A program made the translations under genes and the position numbers. Shown here one piece after another: positions 26,587-36,727 of a DNA stretch of 64,000 nucleotides. The notes beneath the pieces were generated by a model, which made no database searches, was not told the origin of the DNA, and was given only the letters and a program-made list of their open reading frames with translations. This DNA is from Myxococcota bacterium. GTDB lineage: Bacteria > Myxococcota_A > SURF-8. Location: contig OZ223209.1 in assembly GCA_965140415.1 (NCBI GenBank), forward strand, positions 4,288,001 to 4,352,000, written 5' to 3'. Within the stretch, counting starts at the first letter, position 1, and each line of letters opens with the position of its first letter.

Positions 26587-26755
26587 TTCCCTTCCCCGAC
26601 GGAGCCGCCTCGCATCATGAGGCTTGATAACCGGGGCTACAGCGAGCGGCAGTCAAGGCCGGAGCATAGCGACGTTTATATAGCCTTGACGGCTGCACGC
26701 GCTCCGGTACAAGCCGCTACATGATGCGTGGTGAGTGACGGAAGGCGGAAGGGAG
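26587..26755. other. ~170-nt imperfect rod-like inverted repeat (structured ssDNA/RNA element)
   Basis: Nested pairings TTCCCTTCC/GGAAGGGAG, CGCATCATG/CATGATGCG, GGCTTG/CAAGCC, ACCGGGGC/GCTCCGGT, GTCAAGGC/GCCTTGAC. Confidence 0.7.
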
Positions 26756-26963
26756 CCCCTTCCTTGATGGTGGGCCTTGTGGATTTCTTCAAACCCGTTT
26801 CTCTTCGGGTTCTGGCATTAGAGCCTAAAAAGGAAAAGCCGCCGGAATCGGCGGCCTGGAAATTTCTAGATAAACACGATGAGCAGAAAAACAAAATCGA
26901 CGATTGTTCCGTGCTTAGTGGCCTATTGCCATTACAGGCGGCTACAGAACACAAACAACCGGT

Positions 26964-27287
26964 TTACAGATCCCCGTCGGTGAACAGCGTTCCACCCTGC
27001 TGGGTGCAGAGGTTGAAATCGGTGCAATCGTCATAATCGGCACAACCGGTCAACGCATTATTGGCGGTTTTCCCGGATTCTGCATCTTCCGCCGCTTCGC
27101 AGGCATCTTTGCAGCTAGCGGTACCTTCAGCAGTGACCTGGTTCACGGTGTCACATAAAAAAACCATGTCACAATATTTTTTACATTGATCCACATTGGA
27201 TTCGGTATCTCCACAACCAGCCACAATTCCGCATAACATCAGAACGGCACTGGCTAGAACGATCATCTTTCGCATCGGCTCCTCCAC
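26964..27287 (-). CDS. Cys-rich lipoprotein
   Basis: Lipobox VAGC plus several CxxxC motifs; followed by a GCCGCCG/CGGCGGC hairpin at 26838-26855. Confidence 0.7.
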   Translation of the reverse strand: MEEPMRKMIVLASAVLMLCGIVAGCGDTESNVDQCKKYCDMVFLCDTVNQVTAEGTASCKDACEAAEDAESGKTANNALTGCADYDDCTDFNLCTQQGGTLFTDGDL

Positions 27288-27391
27288 GAAAATCTTACTC
27301 TCATCACATTACGAGTCGGAGAGTAGCACAACCCCATGAATCGTCAATAGTTTTCTTGAACCATGGCTTTAGCGAAGCTCAAGCATCGCAG

Positions 27392-28939
27392 CTATTCTGG
27401 TAGCATTTCGGTAAATGTCTGATAGATCCGCAGAATTTCATCTAACGAATCCATAAATGCTGTGAAAACGACCGGATCGAAATGCTCCCCACTATCTCGA
27501 GTAAGAATCTCCAGCGCTTTTTCTACGGAAAACGCAGGTTTATATACACGCACCGTGGTCAATGCATCAAAGACATCCGAAATCGCCACGATGCGAGCTT
27601 CGATCGGAATTTCCGCACCACCCAGGGAATTCGGATAGCCCTTGCCATTGTATTTTTCATGGTGACACAGCGCAATCCGCTCCGACATCCGCAATAATTC
27701 CGAGGAAGAAGATCCTAGAATTTTTGCACCGATCAGCGTGTGCTCTTTCATTACCTCGTATTCGTCGGCAGTCAACTGACCATGCTTCAGCAAAATGGCG
27801 TCGGGAATTCCAATTTTTCCCACATCGTGCATGGTTGCCGCTTCTTTGATCAAACCGCTGAATTCCTGTGTCATTCCAAGCCGCTTGGCAACGACATAAG
27901 CATAGTTGCTCATACGATGGAGATGCGAGGCGGTATCTTCGTCGCGATATTCCGCCGCCTTTGCCAAGCGGAAAATGGTTTCCGTCTGGGCCACCAGCAG
28001 ATCCTCATTGGCAAGCTGCAAATCACCCAACGCCTTCTGTAGTTCGGCGGTCTGCAAATCGACTTCGCGCTCCAAATTAGCGTTGGAATCTTTTAATTGC
28101 AATTCGTGGGCGAGACGTTGCGCGACGATCGTCAGCAGTCGCGTCGCTTCCTCGGCCAACCCTTCCCCTACTTCAAAGGCATGCAACGCACCGAATACCG
28201 AACCGGAAAACGAAGTCATCGGCACTCCGATGTATCCGCCTTCCAATCCGTAATGAGCCAGCGTTTCCGCATCGTTTTCCATAATGATCAGCGGCTCGCC
28301 GTTTTCCATTACGTGATTGACAGCAAGCTGCTTGCCTGCCTCGATCTCCGCCATCAAATCAGCACTTACGTTGAAATGGCCGGAAAGACCATACTGATCT
28401 CCCTGCCATAACGTCACGACAACGGAATGCGCTTCCACCAATTCGGCGGCGCGCTGGGAAAACTCCGCCAGCAACACTTCCCGATTGCTGTAGCGTTTGG
28501 CAAAAGTGGAAATTTCGAATAACGATGCCAATACACCCTTCAGTGTTTGAACCTGTTCGTTCAAACGTTTGCTTTTCACCAAAGCCTGCGTGCGGGCTAA
28601 TAACTCCATGCGATTCACCGGTTTGGTCAGAAAATCGTCCGCACCGGCCTCGATTCCCTTGACTTTATCTTCGATCTGATCCAGCGCCGTAATCATAACC
28701 ACTGGAATTAGCCTGGTTTTCTCGTCCTGCTTGACACGACGGCAAACCTCGAAACCGTCGATCTTCGGCATCATCACATCCAACAGAATGATATCCGGAG
28801 GCGATTGCGCGATTTTCTCCAACGCCTCTTCCCCATCGAAGGCACGGTCCGTACTGAATCCAGTCGAAGAAAGATGCGCTTCAAGCAACTTCACGTTCTT
28901 AGGCAGATCGTCAACTATGAGTACATTGGGAATATTCAC
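27392..28939 (-). CDS. Response regulator with GAF-like and HD-GYP phosphodiesterase domains
   Basis: REC (VLIVDD, LLDVMMP, FLTKP); HDVGKIG, HHEKYNGKGYP. Confidence 0.93.
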   Translation of the reverse strand: MNIPNVLIVDDLPKNVKLLEAHLSSTGFSTDRAFDGEEALEKIAQSPPDIILLDVMMPKIDGFEVCRRVKQDEKTRLIPVVMITALDQIEDKVKGIEAGADDFLTKPVNRMELLARTQALVKSKRLNEQVQTLKGVLASLFEISTFAKRYSNREVLLAEFSQRAAELVEAHSVVVTLWQGDQYGLSGHFNVSADLMAEIEAGKQLAVNHVMENGEPLIIMENDAETLAHYGLEGGYIGVPMTSFSGSVFGALHAFEVGEGLAEEATRLLTIVAQRLAHELQLKDSNANLEREVDLQTAELQKALGDLQLANEDLLVAQTETIFRLAKAAEYRDEDTASHLHRMSNYAYVVAKRLGMTQEFSGLIKEAATMHDVGKIGIPDAILLKHGQLTADEYEVMKEHTLIGAKILGSSSSELLRMSERIALCHHEKYNGKGYPNSLGGAEIPIEARIVAISDVFDALTTVRVYKPAFSVEKALEILTRDSGEHFDPVVFTAFMDSLDEILRIYQTFTEMLPE

Positions 28940-29083
28940 GATTCGTCTTAGCCTCGCTTAACTTACAAACAGGATTGCGCCAATCGCATCGATCTACAAA
29001 CACTTTATGTCATGATCCCACATCCCTATATATCGGTCAAGAATCTGATTACTTAATTGATTCTCGCGCCATTACGGAATAAG

Positions 29084-29143
29084 TTGACCTAGTGGCAATT
29101 TTTCTATAGCATGACTATCAGTCACAGGATGACTATCAGTCAT
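29084..29143 (+). promoter_or_regulatory. Promoter with tandem palindromic operators (probable TetR-family sites)
   Basis: TTGACC-N17-TAGCAT overlapped and followed by ATGACTATCAGTCA at 29111-29124 and 29129-29142. Confidence 0.75.
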
Positions 29144-29269
29144 TTATAGAAATGGAAAATCGTCTTTGCCATCAGGATTTTCCAAAGTTCGCTGACTTAT
29201 ATGCTCTTTTCAACTCCCGAACACGCTACAAGTTCGGTGTGCAATCGCTTTAACCCGGAGAATTGAATC

Positions 29270-30748
29270 ATGTCTTTGAATTCCGTACCGAAAACCGGTT
29301 TCGCCATTTCCGAATATCACGACACGCAAGCCGTTTACCGTCAGTTGCACAAGCTGACCGGACAACCGATACGCAAACTGAAACCGGAAGCGTTAGACGT
29401 CTATCTTCGCCACTTCGAAGAACATTGCTCGCAATCCAAAGCCATGATAAGCGAAGCGCAGCAAGTCATTCCTGGCGGCGTTCAGCATAACCTGGCCTTC
29501 GGGTTTCCGTTTCCGCTGGTGTTCACCAAAGCGGAAGGCGCGTATCTGTACGATCTCGACGGCAACCGCTACTTCGATTTCCTACAGGCGGGAGGTCCGA
29601 CGGTACTAGGCAGCAACCCCCCGGTGGTCCGGGAGCAGATCGAAGAACTGCTGCGCACCACCGGTCCCGTTACAGGGTTGTTTCACGAATACGAAGTGAA
29701 ACTCGCTCGCTTCATCGTGGACCGTTTCCCAGGCGTGGAAATGTTCCGCATGCTGGGCAGCGGGACGGAATCCTGCATGGCGGCGATTCGGCTGGCGCGC
29801 GTCGCAACCGGTAAAAAGCACATCATCAAGATGGGCGGCGCCTATCATGGCTGGAGCGACCAGCTCTCCTACGGTACTCGCCTGCCTGGAACGCGCAGTT
29901 TCCTGTCACACGGGATTCCGCGCCATCTCTTCAGATACACGCACGAAGTCTACCCCAACGATATCAAAGCCCTAAAGAAATGCCTGCAACTCAACCGTCT
30001 GCATGGCGGCACGGCAGCCGTTTTGATTGAACCGCTTGGACCGGAAAGCGGCACTCGACCGCTCGATAAAGATTACAACGCACAGGTGCGCGAACTCTGT
30101 ACAGAATTCGGCGCACTGCTGGTGTTCGATGAAGTCGTGACCGGCTTCCGCCTGGGAATGAGCGGTGCTCAGGGCTATTTCGGCGTCACACCAGATCTGA
30201 CGGTATTCGGCAAGGCCGTGACGGGCGGCTATCCCTCGGCGGGCGGTCTGGGTGGCAAGAAAGAACTGATGGCTTTTCTGGCAGGCGGTATCGGCGGAAA
30301 AGCGACCAAAAAAAAGGTGCACGTCGGCGGCACGCTGGCGGCCAATCCGCTAAGCTCTGCGGCGGGCTATTTCACCCTGGTGGAAATGGAACGCCAGAAT
30401 GCGCCGGAAGTGGCCGGGCGCGCCGGGGATCGCCTGACCAAAGGCATGCAGCAACTGATACAGAAATACAACCTTCCTTTCGTAGCCTACAACCAGGGCT
30501 CCATCTGTCATCTGCAAACCACGGGCGTCTTGCTGCTGGATTTGAAACTCACCAAGATTCTGTCCATCATGAAGGAAATCGGCAAACGCACCGAGGTGAT
30601 GCAGCAATACGGCGCAGCCTACATGGCCGAGGGCATCGTGACGGTCGCCGGCAGCCGCATGTATACCAGCGCCGCCTGCACGGATGAGATCATCGACGAC
30701 GCCCTGGTGCATTTGGAGCGCGTGTTCAAAAACGTGGAAGGAGTCTAG
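29270..30748 (+). CDS. Class III PLP aminotransferase (GSA-aminomutase-like family)
   Basis: DLDGNRYFDF, SGTESCMAAIR, FDEVVTGFR, FGKAVTGG. Confidence 0.88.
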   Translation: MSLNSVPKTGFAISEYHDTQAVYRQLHKLTGQPIRKLKPEALDVYLRHFEEHCSQSKAMISEAQQVIPGGVQHNLAFGFPFPLVFTKAEGAYLYDLDGNRYFDFLQAGGPTVLGSNPPVVREQIEELLRTTGPVTGLFHEYEVKLARFIVDRFPGVEMFRMLGSGTESCMAAIRLARVATGKKHIIKMGGAYHGWSDQLSYGTRLPGTRSFLSHGIPRHLFRYTHEVYPNDIKALKKCLQLNRLHGGTAAVLIEPLGPESGTRPLDKDYNAQVRELCTEFGALLVFDEVVTGFRLGMSGAQGYFGVTPDLTVFGKAVTGGYPSAGGLGGKKELMAFLAGGIGGKATKKKVHVGGTLAANPLSSAAGYFTLVEMERQNAPEVAGRAGDRLTKGMQQLIQKYNLPFVAYNQGSICHLQTTGVLLLDLKLTKILSIMKEIGKRTEVMQQYGAAYMAEGIVTVAGSRMYTSAACTDEIIDDALVHLERVFKNVEGV

Positions 30749-30751
30749 GCG

Positions 30752-31417
30752 ATGGCGATTACGGAACAAGACGCCCGCGTGCTGGTGCGCGATTACGGCA
30801 TCAAGCTGATGGAGGAGGGACTGGTGGCCCGCACCTGGGGCAACGTAAGCTGCCGCCTGGATGATGAGCGCTTCGTCGTTACCCCCAGTGGTCGACCGTA
30901 TGAGGAGTTGCAGCCGGAAGACATGGTGGTGGTTAACTGCCGTACCGACAAACACGAAGGTACGATCAAACCATCATCCGAAAGCAAGCTGCATTCGGCA
31001 ATTTATCGCGAGCGCAAGGAAGTCGGCGGTGTGATTCACACTCATCAGACCAACGCCTCCGTTGTTGCAGCCGCCCGGCGCAAGCTGCCTCCGGTATTGG
31101 ACGATCAGGTGCAATTGCTCGGTCCTAACGTACGAGTGGCCGCCTACGCCCTGCCCTCTACCAAAAAGCTGGTCAAAAGTTGCATGAAGGCACTGAAAGG
31201 ACGCAACGCCGCCTTGATCGCCAATCATGGTGCAATCTGTATCGGACCAAGCCTGGACGATGCGTTCGCGGCCTGTCTGGTATTGGAAAAAGCCTGCAAG
31301 GCGTTTATCGAGGGCGAGTTTCTGGGAAAAGCCAAGAGCATCAATGTGTTCGAGGCGCACCTGATGCACCAGTATTACATCCGCAAATACTCGAAGCGGA
31401 AAATTACGAACAGATAG
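30752..31417 (+). CDS. Class II aldolase/adducin family (FucA-like)
   Basis: WGNVS, TPSG, PSSESKLH, IHTH, NHG. Confidence 0.92.
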   Translation: MAITEQDARVLVRDYGIKLMEEGLVARTWGNVSCRLDDERFVVTPSGRPYEELQPEDMVVVNCRTDKHEGTIKPSSESKLHSAIYRERKEVGGVIHTHQTNASVVAAARRKLPPVLDDQVQLLGPNVRVAAYALPSTKKLVKSCMKALKGRNAALIANHGAICIGPSLDDAFAACLVLEKACKAFIEGEFLGKAKSINVFEAHLMHQYYIRKYSKRKITNR

Positions 31418-31460
31418 AACTGCCTTGCGAATCCTGCTAGATTCGCAGGATTAAAATAGC

Positions 31461-33065
31461 GTGAAAGAGGTCCGCCGAATGTTGGAATGCATCCTCGCCA
31501 TCGACCTGGGAACCAGCGGCTGCAAGGCCGCGCTCGTCGATCTGACAGGCAAGGTTCATGCCTGGCAGTTTTGCAAGGTGGACACCCTGCTGCTTCCCGG
31601 CGGCGGTGCGGAACAGAACCCGGAAGACTGGTGGGGAGCGATCCTGCAATCCTGCAAAGCGGCTGTTGCAAGCAAGCCCGCAGATTGCTCTGTGATCGCC
31701 GTGTGTGCCAACACGCAAGGCGAAGGCACCCTGCCGGTGGACGATCACGGCGAACCTTTATGCAACGCCATGCTGTGGATGGATACACGCGGAGCCGATC
31801 TTGTTCGGAACACCTTACGCGGACGGTTGAACGTCTCCGGCTATGCCGCAAACAAACTGGTGCGCTACATTCGCCTGACAGGCGGAGCACCGTCGTTGAC
31901 CGGCAAAGACCCGGTCGGGCATATGCTCTATTTCAAGCAACACCGACCGGATATTTTCCGCCGAACGTACAAATTTCTAAACGTGCTGGACTTCGTCAAT
32001 CTGCGCCTTACGGACCGCTTTGTTTCAACCTTCGATTCCATCGCCACCTCATGGCTCACCGACAATCGCGATCCCGACCGAATTCGCATCGACGATAAGC
32101 TCTGCCGCTACCTGGGTATTGCCAAAAGCAAAATCCCGGAACCGGTTCCCTGCACACAGATTTTAGGCAGAGTCAAAGAAAAGGTTGCCAACGAAATCGG
32201 TCTCGATCCGCAAACGGTCGTAGTGGCCGGAGCCATCGACAACACGGCAGCGGCAGTCGGTTCCGGCGCCGTGAAAGATGGCGAAACACACTTGTACCTG
32301 GGTACATCCAGTTGGCTGGGTGCACACGTTCCGTTCAAGAAAACGGATCTGCTGCACGCCATTGCCTCGCTGCCCTGCGCCATCCCTTCCAAGTATATGA
32401 TGATCGCCCTGCAAGCTACCGCCTGCGGCAATCTCGATTTTCTAGTAAACAAGATCGTGTATGACATCGACGACCTGCTTGAAAACGAGCGCCCGGAAGA
32501 TGTTTACCAGCGGCTGGAAAAAGTCGCCGCCGCCGCTCCGCCCGGATCGAATGGACTGATCTATACCCCGTGGATCTTTGGCGAGCGCGCCCCGGTGGAA
32601 AACCCGCAGATCCGCGCCGGTTTGCACAACCTTTCACTGGATCATAATCGCTCGGATATGGTGCGGGCGATGTTCGAAGGCATAGCGCTGAACACGCGCT
32701 GGATTCTGCAACCGGTGGAAAGCTTCCTCGGGCATGCTTGTGAATCGATTACCGCCGTGGGAGGCGGAGCCAGTTCCGATCTGTGGTGCCAGATTTTTGC
32801 CGACGTGCTAAACCGACCGATCAAGCAGGTGGAAAATCCCATCGAAGCCAACGCCCGCGGATCGGCACTTATCGCCGCCTTTGCGCTTAAGAAAATCACG
32901 ATGGAAGATGTTTCCAGGCTGGCACCGATTCGCGCGACTTATTTACCACGCCAGCAAACGCGCGCCGTGTACGATTTCCACTTTCGGGAATTCAAACAGC
33001 TATACAAAGCGGAAAAGGCGATCTGCAAACGCTTGAACACGTTTCACAAACACCATACTCTTTAA
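31461..33065 (+). CDS. FGGY-family carbohydrate kinase (xylulokinase-like)
   Basis: IDLGTSGCKA, GERAP, GGGASSDLWCQIFADVL. Confidence 0.92.
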   Translation: MKEVRRMLECILAIDLGTSGCKAALVDLTGKVHAWQFCKVDTLLLPGGGAEQNPEDWWGAILQSCKAAVASKPADCSVIAVCANTQGEGTLPVDDHGEPLCNAMLWMDTRGADLVRNTLRGRLNVSGYAANKLVRYIRLTGGAPSLTGKDPVGHMLYFKQHRPDIFRRTYKFLNVLDFVNLRLTDRFVSTFDSIATSWLTDNRDPDRIRIDDKLCRYLGIAKSKIPEPVPCTQILGRVKEKVANEIGLDPQTVVVAGAIDNTAAAVGSGAVKDGETHLYLGTSSWLGAHVPFKKTDLLHAIASLPCAIPSKYMMIALQATACGNLDFLVNKIVYDIDDLLENERPEDVYQRLEKVAAAAPPGSNGLIYTPWIFGERAPVENPQIRAGLHNLSLDHNRSDMVRAMFEGIALNTRWILQPVESFLGHACESITAVGGGASSDLWCQIFADVLNRPIKQVENPIEANARGSALIAAFALKKITMEDVSRLAPIRATYLPRQQTRAVYDFHFREFKQLYKAEKAICKRLNTFHKHHTL

Positions 33066-33081
33066 ACAAGCGGATCACACT

Positions 33082-33720
33082 ATGGGCATTCATGAACGAC
33101 GACAACGGGAACGGGAAAAACGCAGGGCGACAATATTGCAGGCGGCGGGTCAGCTCTTTCAAGAAAAAGGATTTTCCGCCACCACTATCGACGAAATCGC
33201 CGTTTTGGCCGAAGTCGGAAAAGGCACCGTTTACAATTATTTTCCATCCAAACAGGAAATCATCGGAGCACTGCTATTACAGAATCTGACTCAAGCCCTG
33301 CAATGGTTCGATGAAACCATCGATGAGTTTAATTCAAGCGGCGATACGGATCCGATGAATCGATTGAACGCCCTGGCCGGAACCTTCTTACGTTTCATCA
33401 TGCAGCAAATAAAACCGTCCAACTCCGCCTATATCTTAATGGGCGACTTCAACGCCTCGGATATGTCTGAGGAATTGAAAAACGAATTGAGAACCGCAGT
33501 ACAACGAATCATCGATCACGTCAGCCGAATTCTGCAAGCCGGAGCGGAACTCGGTCTGTTCCGCAGCGATCTGCAACCAGAACAGATGGCATTGATTGTG
33601 TGGGGTGCAGCCATCGGCGTTCAGGCGCTAAGCGCCAGACTGAGCCCGAGCATTCTCCCCGACTTTACGGAAGATGCTTTCGACGGATTTTTGAAATTGA
33701 TTCCGGGTGGATTGAAATAG
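33082..33720 (+). CDS. TetR/AcrR family regulator
   Basis: AAGQLFQEKGFSATTIDEIAVLAEVGKGTVYNYFPSKQEI. Confidence 0.93.
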   Translation: MGIHERRQREREKRRATILQAAGQLFQEKGFSATTIDEIAVLAEVGKGTVYNYFPSKQEIIGALLLQNLTQALQWFDETIDEFNSSGDTDPMNRLNALAGTFLRFIMQQIKPSNSAYILMGDFNASDMSEELKNELRTAVQRIIDHVSRILQAGAELGLFRSDLQPEQMALIVWGAAIGVQALSARLSPSILPDFTEDAFDGFLKLIPGGLK

Positions 33721-33738
33721 GATTTCCCCCTTCGAAAC

Positions 33739-34413
33739 TCATCCCTTAAGCGCCAAAAAACGATCCCCCAGATGGCTGTTGCTTTTTATCAGGCGAGAGG
33801 CAAACAACTCGTAGAATTCCGGAACGACCGATTGCTGCACCGCTTCCATTCCCAATAGCGCCTCCCCCCAGCGAAAAATCCCTGGCAGAGCCGGCCAACT
33901 ATCGGTGGAAGCCACCTTTCGAATATACGCCAGCCGCATTAATAGCGGTGCGTAGGCAGCATCGATCAACGAGAACCGCTCCCCATTGAAGAATGGAGTA
34001 AACGAGCCTGCGTTTTCCACCCGCAACAGTTTCTTACCCAGATCTTCCCACAAGGAAAGCGCCTCGTACTGACTAGGTGTCGTCATGAGGTCGAATGCGG
34101 TTCCGAACAACTCAGAAGCATACTCAATCCATGCGCGATTTTTAGCCTTCTGCAACGCATCCTGCGGATGCAATGAAGGCGGTGAAAGCTCATCGATGAA
34201 TTCATTGATCACTGCCGATTCAAATAACACTTGGCCATCGACCTTCAATAACGGCACTTTGCCGGTAGGCGACAACTCGGCAAACCAATCGGGTGGATCG
34301 TCCAGATCGATATAGGTGATGTTATAAGGCACCTGCTTGAAATTCAGCGTAATCACACTTCGCTGAACGAAAGGGCACAGCTTGAAACTGATCAACTCCA
34401 GTGATCTGGCCAT
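33739..34413 (-). CDS. Glutathione S-transferase family protein
   Basis: LCPFVQR, SPTGKVPLL, FESAVINEFIDE; start at MARSL. Confidence 0.92.
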   Translation of the reverse strand: MARSLELISFKLCPFVQRSVITLNFKQVPYNITYIDLDDPPDWFAELSPTGKVPLLKVDGQVLFESAVINEFIDELSPPSLHPQDALQKAKNRAWIEYASELFGTAFDLMTTPSQYEALSLWEDLGKKLLRVENAGSFTPFFNGERFSLIDAAYAPLLMRLAYIRKVASTDSWPALPGIFRWGEALLGMEAVQQSVVPEFYELFASRLIKSNSHLGDRFLALKG

Positions 34414-34821
34414 GTCGGTCTTCCTTTCCGCCGGAAAGGCTCGGTAGCAGTGGTTTGTCCATATAGCAAACTCCCCGCACAACTCCGGCTTCAATAGAAT
34501 AGGAACAATCCAGCCGCCTTCTATTCCCTAAAATTGCCACCTCACATTTTAACTTTTTAACATACTGGATTAACACGGAATTTCTGTGCTTTGCACCTGT
34601 GTTGGAACAACTTAAGATTCACAACACCCGCTGCGAAATGGTGAAGGCAATTTCCGTTGAATACCACCTTTTTCACTAGCTTTTCTTTAACGATAAGAAT
34701 GTAACATTGGCATTTCAGTCACTTATTATCAGTTCAATATCGAATTCAATGGAATTTCTCGCCCAAATAGAGTATATTAAATAGAAAAATATGCTGTGTC
34801 CGGATTCGACCCTTACTTTAT

Positions 34822-36168
34822 TTGGAGAGATTCATGAACACACCTTCCGCCAAACGCATCTATGTCTTAGACACCAACGTCATCTTGCACGACCACGAAT
34901 CGATTTATCATTTTCAGGAACATGATGTCGCCATCCCCATCGTTGTATTGGAGGAGGTAGACAAATTCAAACGCGGCGGCGACTCGATCAACTTCCAGGC
35001 CCGAGAATTCATCCGCGAACTGGACTCCATCAGTGGAGATCGCCTGTTTACGGAAGGTCTGCCCATCGGCAGCCATGGTGGACGCCTGATGATCATCGTC
35101 GGCGACCCGCATTCAGAATTAGTGGGAACAGCGTTCACATTGAACAAGCCGGATCATCGCATTCTGGCCGTCGCCGACCAACTTCGAAAAAAGTATCCCG
35201 ATCGGGAAGTCATCATCATCAGCAAAGACATCAACCTGCGCATGAAAGCCAAATCGCTGGGCATTCCTAGCCAGGACTATAAAACCGACAAGGTCAAGAA
35301 CATCGACGAGTTGTACAGAGGCATGGAGTTACACGAACACCTGCCGTCCGATCTGATTTCTCGTTTTTATGAAGAACCCAACGGTGTCCCTGCCGATGAA
35401 GCCAATCTCCCCGAAGCGCCGGTGGCTAACCAATACTTCATTTTAAAAAACGGTTCATCCAGCGCACTGGCACACTACAACCCGGAAACGGACTGCTACG
35501 AGCGCGTACAGAAAAAAGCGGCTTACGGCATCGAACCACGTAACGCCGAACAGACTTTCGCAATGGACGCCCTACTGCGACCCGATGTCCCCCTGGTAAC
35601 CATCACCGGCAAGGCCGGTACGGGAAAGACGCTGCTGGCATTAGCATCGGCGCTTGAGCAACGCAGCGGCTACCGCCAGATCTTCCTGGCGCGTCCGGTG
35701 GTTCCGCTTGGCAATCGCGATCTGGGATTTCTGCCGGGCGACGTGCAGTCCAAATTGGACCCGTACATGCAGCCGCTGTTCGATAATCTCGGCGTAATCC
35801 GGCATCGTTTTCACAACAACAGCAAGGACTTCAAACGTATCAACGACATGGTCGAAAGCGAGAAACTGTTCATCGCGCCATTAGCCTACATTCGCGGACG
35901 CAGCCTGGACAACATCTTCTTTATCGTGGATGAGGCACAGAATTTGACCCCACACGAAATCAAGACCATCATCACGCGCGCTGGCGACAAAGCCAAAGTG
36001 GTCTTTACCGGCGACATTTACCAGATCGACACGCCCTACCTGGACGTACAGTCCAACGGTTTGACCTACCTGGTGGATCGTATGAAGGGCCAGAGCCTGT
36101 ACGCGCACATCAACCTCGTCAAAGGCGAGCGCAGCCAGCTATCGGAACTGGCGAGCAATCTGCTATAA
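34822..36168 (+). CDS. PhoH2 (PIN + PhoH ATPase)
   Basis: YVLDTNVILHD PIN motif, GKAGTGKT, RGRSL, DEAQN. Confidence 0.93.
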   Translation: MERFMNTPSAKRIYVLDTNVILHDHESIYHFQEHDVAIPIVVLEEVDKFKRGGDSINFQAREFIRELDSISGDRLFTEGLPIGSHGGRLMIIVGDPHSELVGTAFTLNKPDHRILAVADQLRKKYPDREVIIISKDINLRMKAKSLGIPSQDYKTDKVKNIDELYRGMELHEHLPSDLISRFYEEPNGVPADEANLPEAPVANQYFILKNGSSSALAHYNPETDCYERVQKKAAYGIEPRNAEQTFAMDALLRPDVPLVTITGKAGTGKTLLALASALEQRSGYRQIFLARPVVPLGNRDLGFLPGDVQSKLDPYMQPLFDNLGVIRHRFHNNSKDFKRINDMVESEKLFIAPLAYIRGRSLDNIFFIVDEAQNLTPHEIKTIITRAGDKAKVVFTGDIYQIDTPYLDVQSNGLTYLVDRMKGQSLYAHINLVKGERSQLSELASNLL

Positions 36169-36191
36169 GCATTAATTCACACTCTGAAAGT

Positions 36192-36230
36192 AAAACACGG
36201 CTGGTGGAAAACCCATCAGCCGTGTGTTTT
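36192..36230. terminator. Bidirectional intrinsic terminator
   Basis: AAAACACGGCTGGTGG-AAAAC-CCATCAGCCGTGTGTTTT between convergent genes. Confidence 0.8.
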
Positions 36231-36247
36231 TGTGATGTAACCTTCAC

Positions 36248-36703
36248 TCAGGGTTTGTACACCCACCAGAAATAGAAGGTCGCAATGGCAATCCCGGCGG
36301 AAGCCAGCATCGCCATCAGATATGCCAGAGATCCCAGATCCAGAAAGTAGTAGGTCAGATAGCTGGCCGCGAGAATGCCGTAAACGATACAGACCGGCTG
36401 TAACCAGTGAATACGCGTACGATCGCGCCAGACGCGGAAAAAGGAAAAGGCCAGCATCACCAACAATCCGATGATCGGCACCTTCCAGAAATCGTTGGCA
36501 TTGGTTTGAATCTTGGGCATGCTGAACAACGCACCGCCCAGCCAGTCGATCAGTCCGACCAGTTTGTCACCCAGAAAAATGACCAGAGGAACCATCAGCA
36601 GATGCAGGTACATCATGATGCGACAGTACGGCTGCAACTTTCCGCCTTCCGGCACAACGACACTTTTCGTTTCGGCTTGCTTATTGCTTTCAAACGGGTC
36701 CAT
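36248..36703 (-). CDS. Hypothetical membrane protein
   Basis: About 4 hydrophobic segments, directly downstream of alaS. Confidence 0.65.
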   Translation of the reverse strand: MDPFESNKQAETKSVVVPEGGKLQPYCRIMMYLHLLMVPLVIFLGDKLVGLIDWLGGALFSMPKIQTNANDFWKVPIIGLLVMLAFSFFRVWRDRTRIHWLQPVCIVYGILAASYLTYYFLDLGSLAYLMAMLASAGIAIATFYFWWVYKP

Positions 36704-36727
36704 CTTTGCCCCCTTTTTGCAATGCGT

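Noticed and set aside
26587-26755. 6S RNA or SRP RNA
   Set aside because: No SRP domain IV (CAGG..GRAA..AGCA) motif on either strand. It lacks an obvious large central bubble and the usual zapA/ygfA context of 6S. Left as an unassigned structure.
29270-30748. hemL assignment
   Set aside because: Family similarity only; the N-terminal extension and sugar-catabolic context argue for a different substrate.
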